The notes under the pieces: generated by a model | Told to the model about the DNA's origin: nothing | The model's database searches: none | Seen by the model: only the letters and a program-made list of their open reading frames with translations | Made by a program: the position numbers and the translations under genes | In this document: positions 62,363 through 64,000 of the stretch, in pieces | How the letters are laid out: each line of letters starts with the position of its first letter | Position numbering within the stretch: position 1 is the first letter of the stretch | Origin: Tubiluchus corallicola | Taxonomy: Eukaryota; Animalia; Priapulida | Reading direction: 5' to 3' | Assembly (NCBI GenBank): GCA_030141605.1 | Contig: JAQGDQ010000220.1 | Coordinates: forward strand, 39,786 to 103,785 | Length of the DNA: 64,000 bases

Positions 62363-63550
62363 GTGTGTTGATGATTCACTGAGTTTTTTTGCTGTTCACT
62401 GTCTGTTTTTTGCATTTCTTGGACTGACAATGAAAGTACTTCTGTTTCCATCTTAATCTCACGGGTAATAGTTCTTTTTATCACACACTCAGCCGGGAAT
62501 ATTTTAATTTTTTTTTGTACATTCATATACTTATCTGACGCTCTTTTGTATAATGTAGATTATCGTATTGAAGGTTAAAAAGTATAGCACTTTCCGCCAA
62601 ATCAGCATATTAATGGCTGAGTAGTGTTGCTGCTTATACCAAGATTATCAGAACATTATCGTATAAACAAGAGATTACATGATAACCGATAATTATATGA
62701 CAGTTTAGTAATGCGAAACAAAAAACTAAAAACAAACATAAAAAATGTGCATTGAAAAAATTAAAACATTGCTGTTGACCAATGGGAAATAAAACATTTG
62801 ATTTCAATTGATTTTAAATATTCCATGATTTAGCTTTAAACATTCGCAAAGCTTAAAAAAAATTGTTTTTTTCCTCCCTCCTTACTGACTTTTGTACTCC
62901 TGAGGTAAGGGCAGAACCAAATATTTTTGTGGCCGGCCTTGCCTTCAAATGCTACCTCAGCCCATTTGAGGAACTGACATTGCTCCTCAGTGTATCGATT
63001 CTGAAATTCAGTGCTGCCAGTTCAAATCTCGGTGAAGCTTCAAACATTTAGGCTTTCAACATATTTTATGTAACATCAAAAACCGAAATATTTTTGTTTG
63101 TCTGTGATTATAATGGCTGCATTATGATATGTACCCGATTGATCATGCAGGAATTTCAAAGGCTGATATATAGCATCTGAAACAATTTGGGTATAGAAAA
63201 ATTTCAATTGCATAATTAGCTAGGAGCGATTTTCTAATAAATTTTTTGTCGGCATTTTTTATTAGTTTTACGGCATACTTGGCTTTGCTCACAAAATGTG
63301 AAGTATTTTTACTTCCATGCTAAACCATTTTTGATAGTATCTGCCTCTCTGGATAATTCAATTTACTGCTCAAGTTGACTATATTTGCTTTCATCGAAAC
63401 GTTAAATGAATCGAGTAACGCCATGAAAATGTAAAGGCCAAGTTAAAGGCGTTAAATATTGTATATGTTTTTTACAACATTCAGTGTTGCCAAAGCCTGT
63501 TTAATGTAATTGCCAAAGGTAACTTTTTTACTCAGAATGAGTATTGAAGG

Positions 63551-63599
63551 CAGTCACCCATCTATTCCCTGGCCAGGTCTGGCATTGCTTAGTTTCAGT
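63551..63599 (-). mobile_element. 5S rRNA-like SINE fragment
   Basis: Minus strand ACTGAAACTAAGCAATGCCAGACCTGGCCAGGGAATAGATGGGTGACTG. Confidence 0.55.
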
Positions 63600-63876
63600 C
63601 ACGAAGTGCATGCGTGTGACCACTAGCTTATTCAGTATTCACCCCACTTCACATGTTACTGTGAGTTAAAATGATGACGCAAAATGTGTATATGGAATGT
63701 AACATAAGCAGTGTGGCGGAAGTCACCAAGAAGTTCTTTTTCTGGTCACCATCTATTTATTAATCAGGCTCAGCGCTACTTAACTTTACTTGCAGAGTAA
63801 CCTCTCATGCTCATCCCCTCTAGCATGGCTAGTTTGACATGTTTCATCTAACAGTGCTTCTTTTCTTCTTACCCAG

Positions 63877-64000
63877 AGAGCCACATACTTGAAGATGTTA
63901 ACAAGTGCGTCTTGGCGCTACAAGAGGGCGATGCCGATACGCTGGACAGAACCGCAGGAGCCATTAGAGGGCGCACTGCTCGCGTGTGTAATGTCGTAGC
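63877..64000 (+). CDS. CTNNA: alpha-catenin coding exon 11 (truncated by the window end)
   Basis: cccag|(E)SHILEDVNKCVLALQEGDADTLDRTAGAIRGRTARVCNVV. Confidence 0.96.

Larger units (their letters stand above)
52921..64000 (+). other. CTNNA: Gene span: alpha-catenin, 5' part (11 coding exons in the window; incomplete)
   Basis: join(52921..53016,53800..53989,55993..56159,57052..57171,57760..57849,58196..58369,58707..58910,60582..60815,60947..61084,62251..62362,63877..>64000); all in frame with GT-AG introns. Confidence 0.97.

Overview
AT-rich, intron-rich eukaryotic DNA, most likely from an invertebrate animal; it is not prokaryotic and contains no CRISPR array, rRNA or tRNA gene. Three spliced genes were reconstructed by hand with consistent reading frames. 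(1) 6-pyruvoyl-tetrahydropterin synthase (PTS/purple): + strand, 6 exons, 963-7633, 160 aa. (2) Homer: - strand, 9 coding exons, 50808-11777, 355 aa, with a 5-nt first coding exon and a ~21-kb first intron. (3) The 5' part of alpha-catenin: + strand, from 52921, running off the window and head-to-head with Homer. A CCCH zinc-finger reading frame runs off the left edge on the - strand. The introns are full of non-autonomous DNA transposons (Merlin/MULE-like, Kolobok-like, hAT, piggyBac, pogo/Tc1), CR1/L2 LINE fragments, 5S- and tRNA-derived SINE-like pieces and tandem repeats. The best leads are post-transcriptional hypotheses. They include a candidate ~185-aa alternative Homer N-terminal exon joined through a GC-AG intron, and a UGA-CUA readthrough context that would create a C-terminal S-x-L motif on Homer. 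Inverted repeats flank Homer exons 2-5 and could form a stop-free circle. There are also tandemly amplified splice donors in alpha-catenin and Homer, and a 1.5-kb two-transposon palindrome in PTS intron 1. All family assignments come from motif recognition and recalled knowledge; no searches were run.
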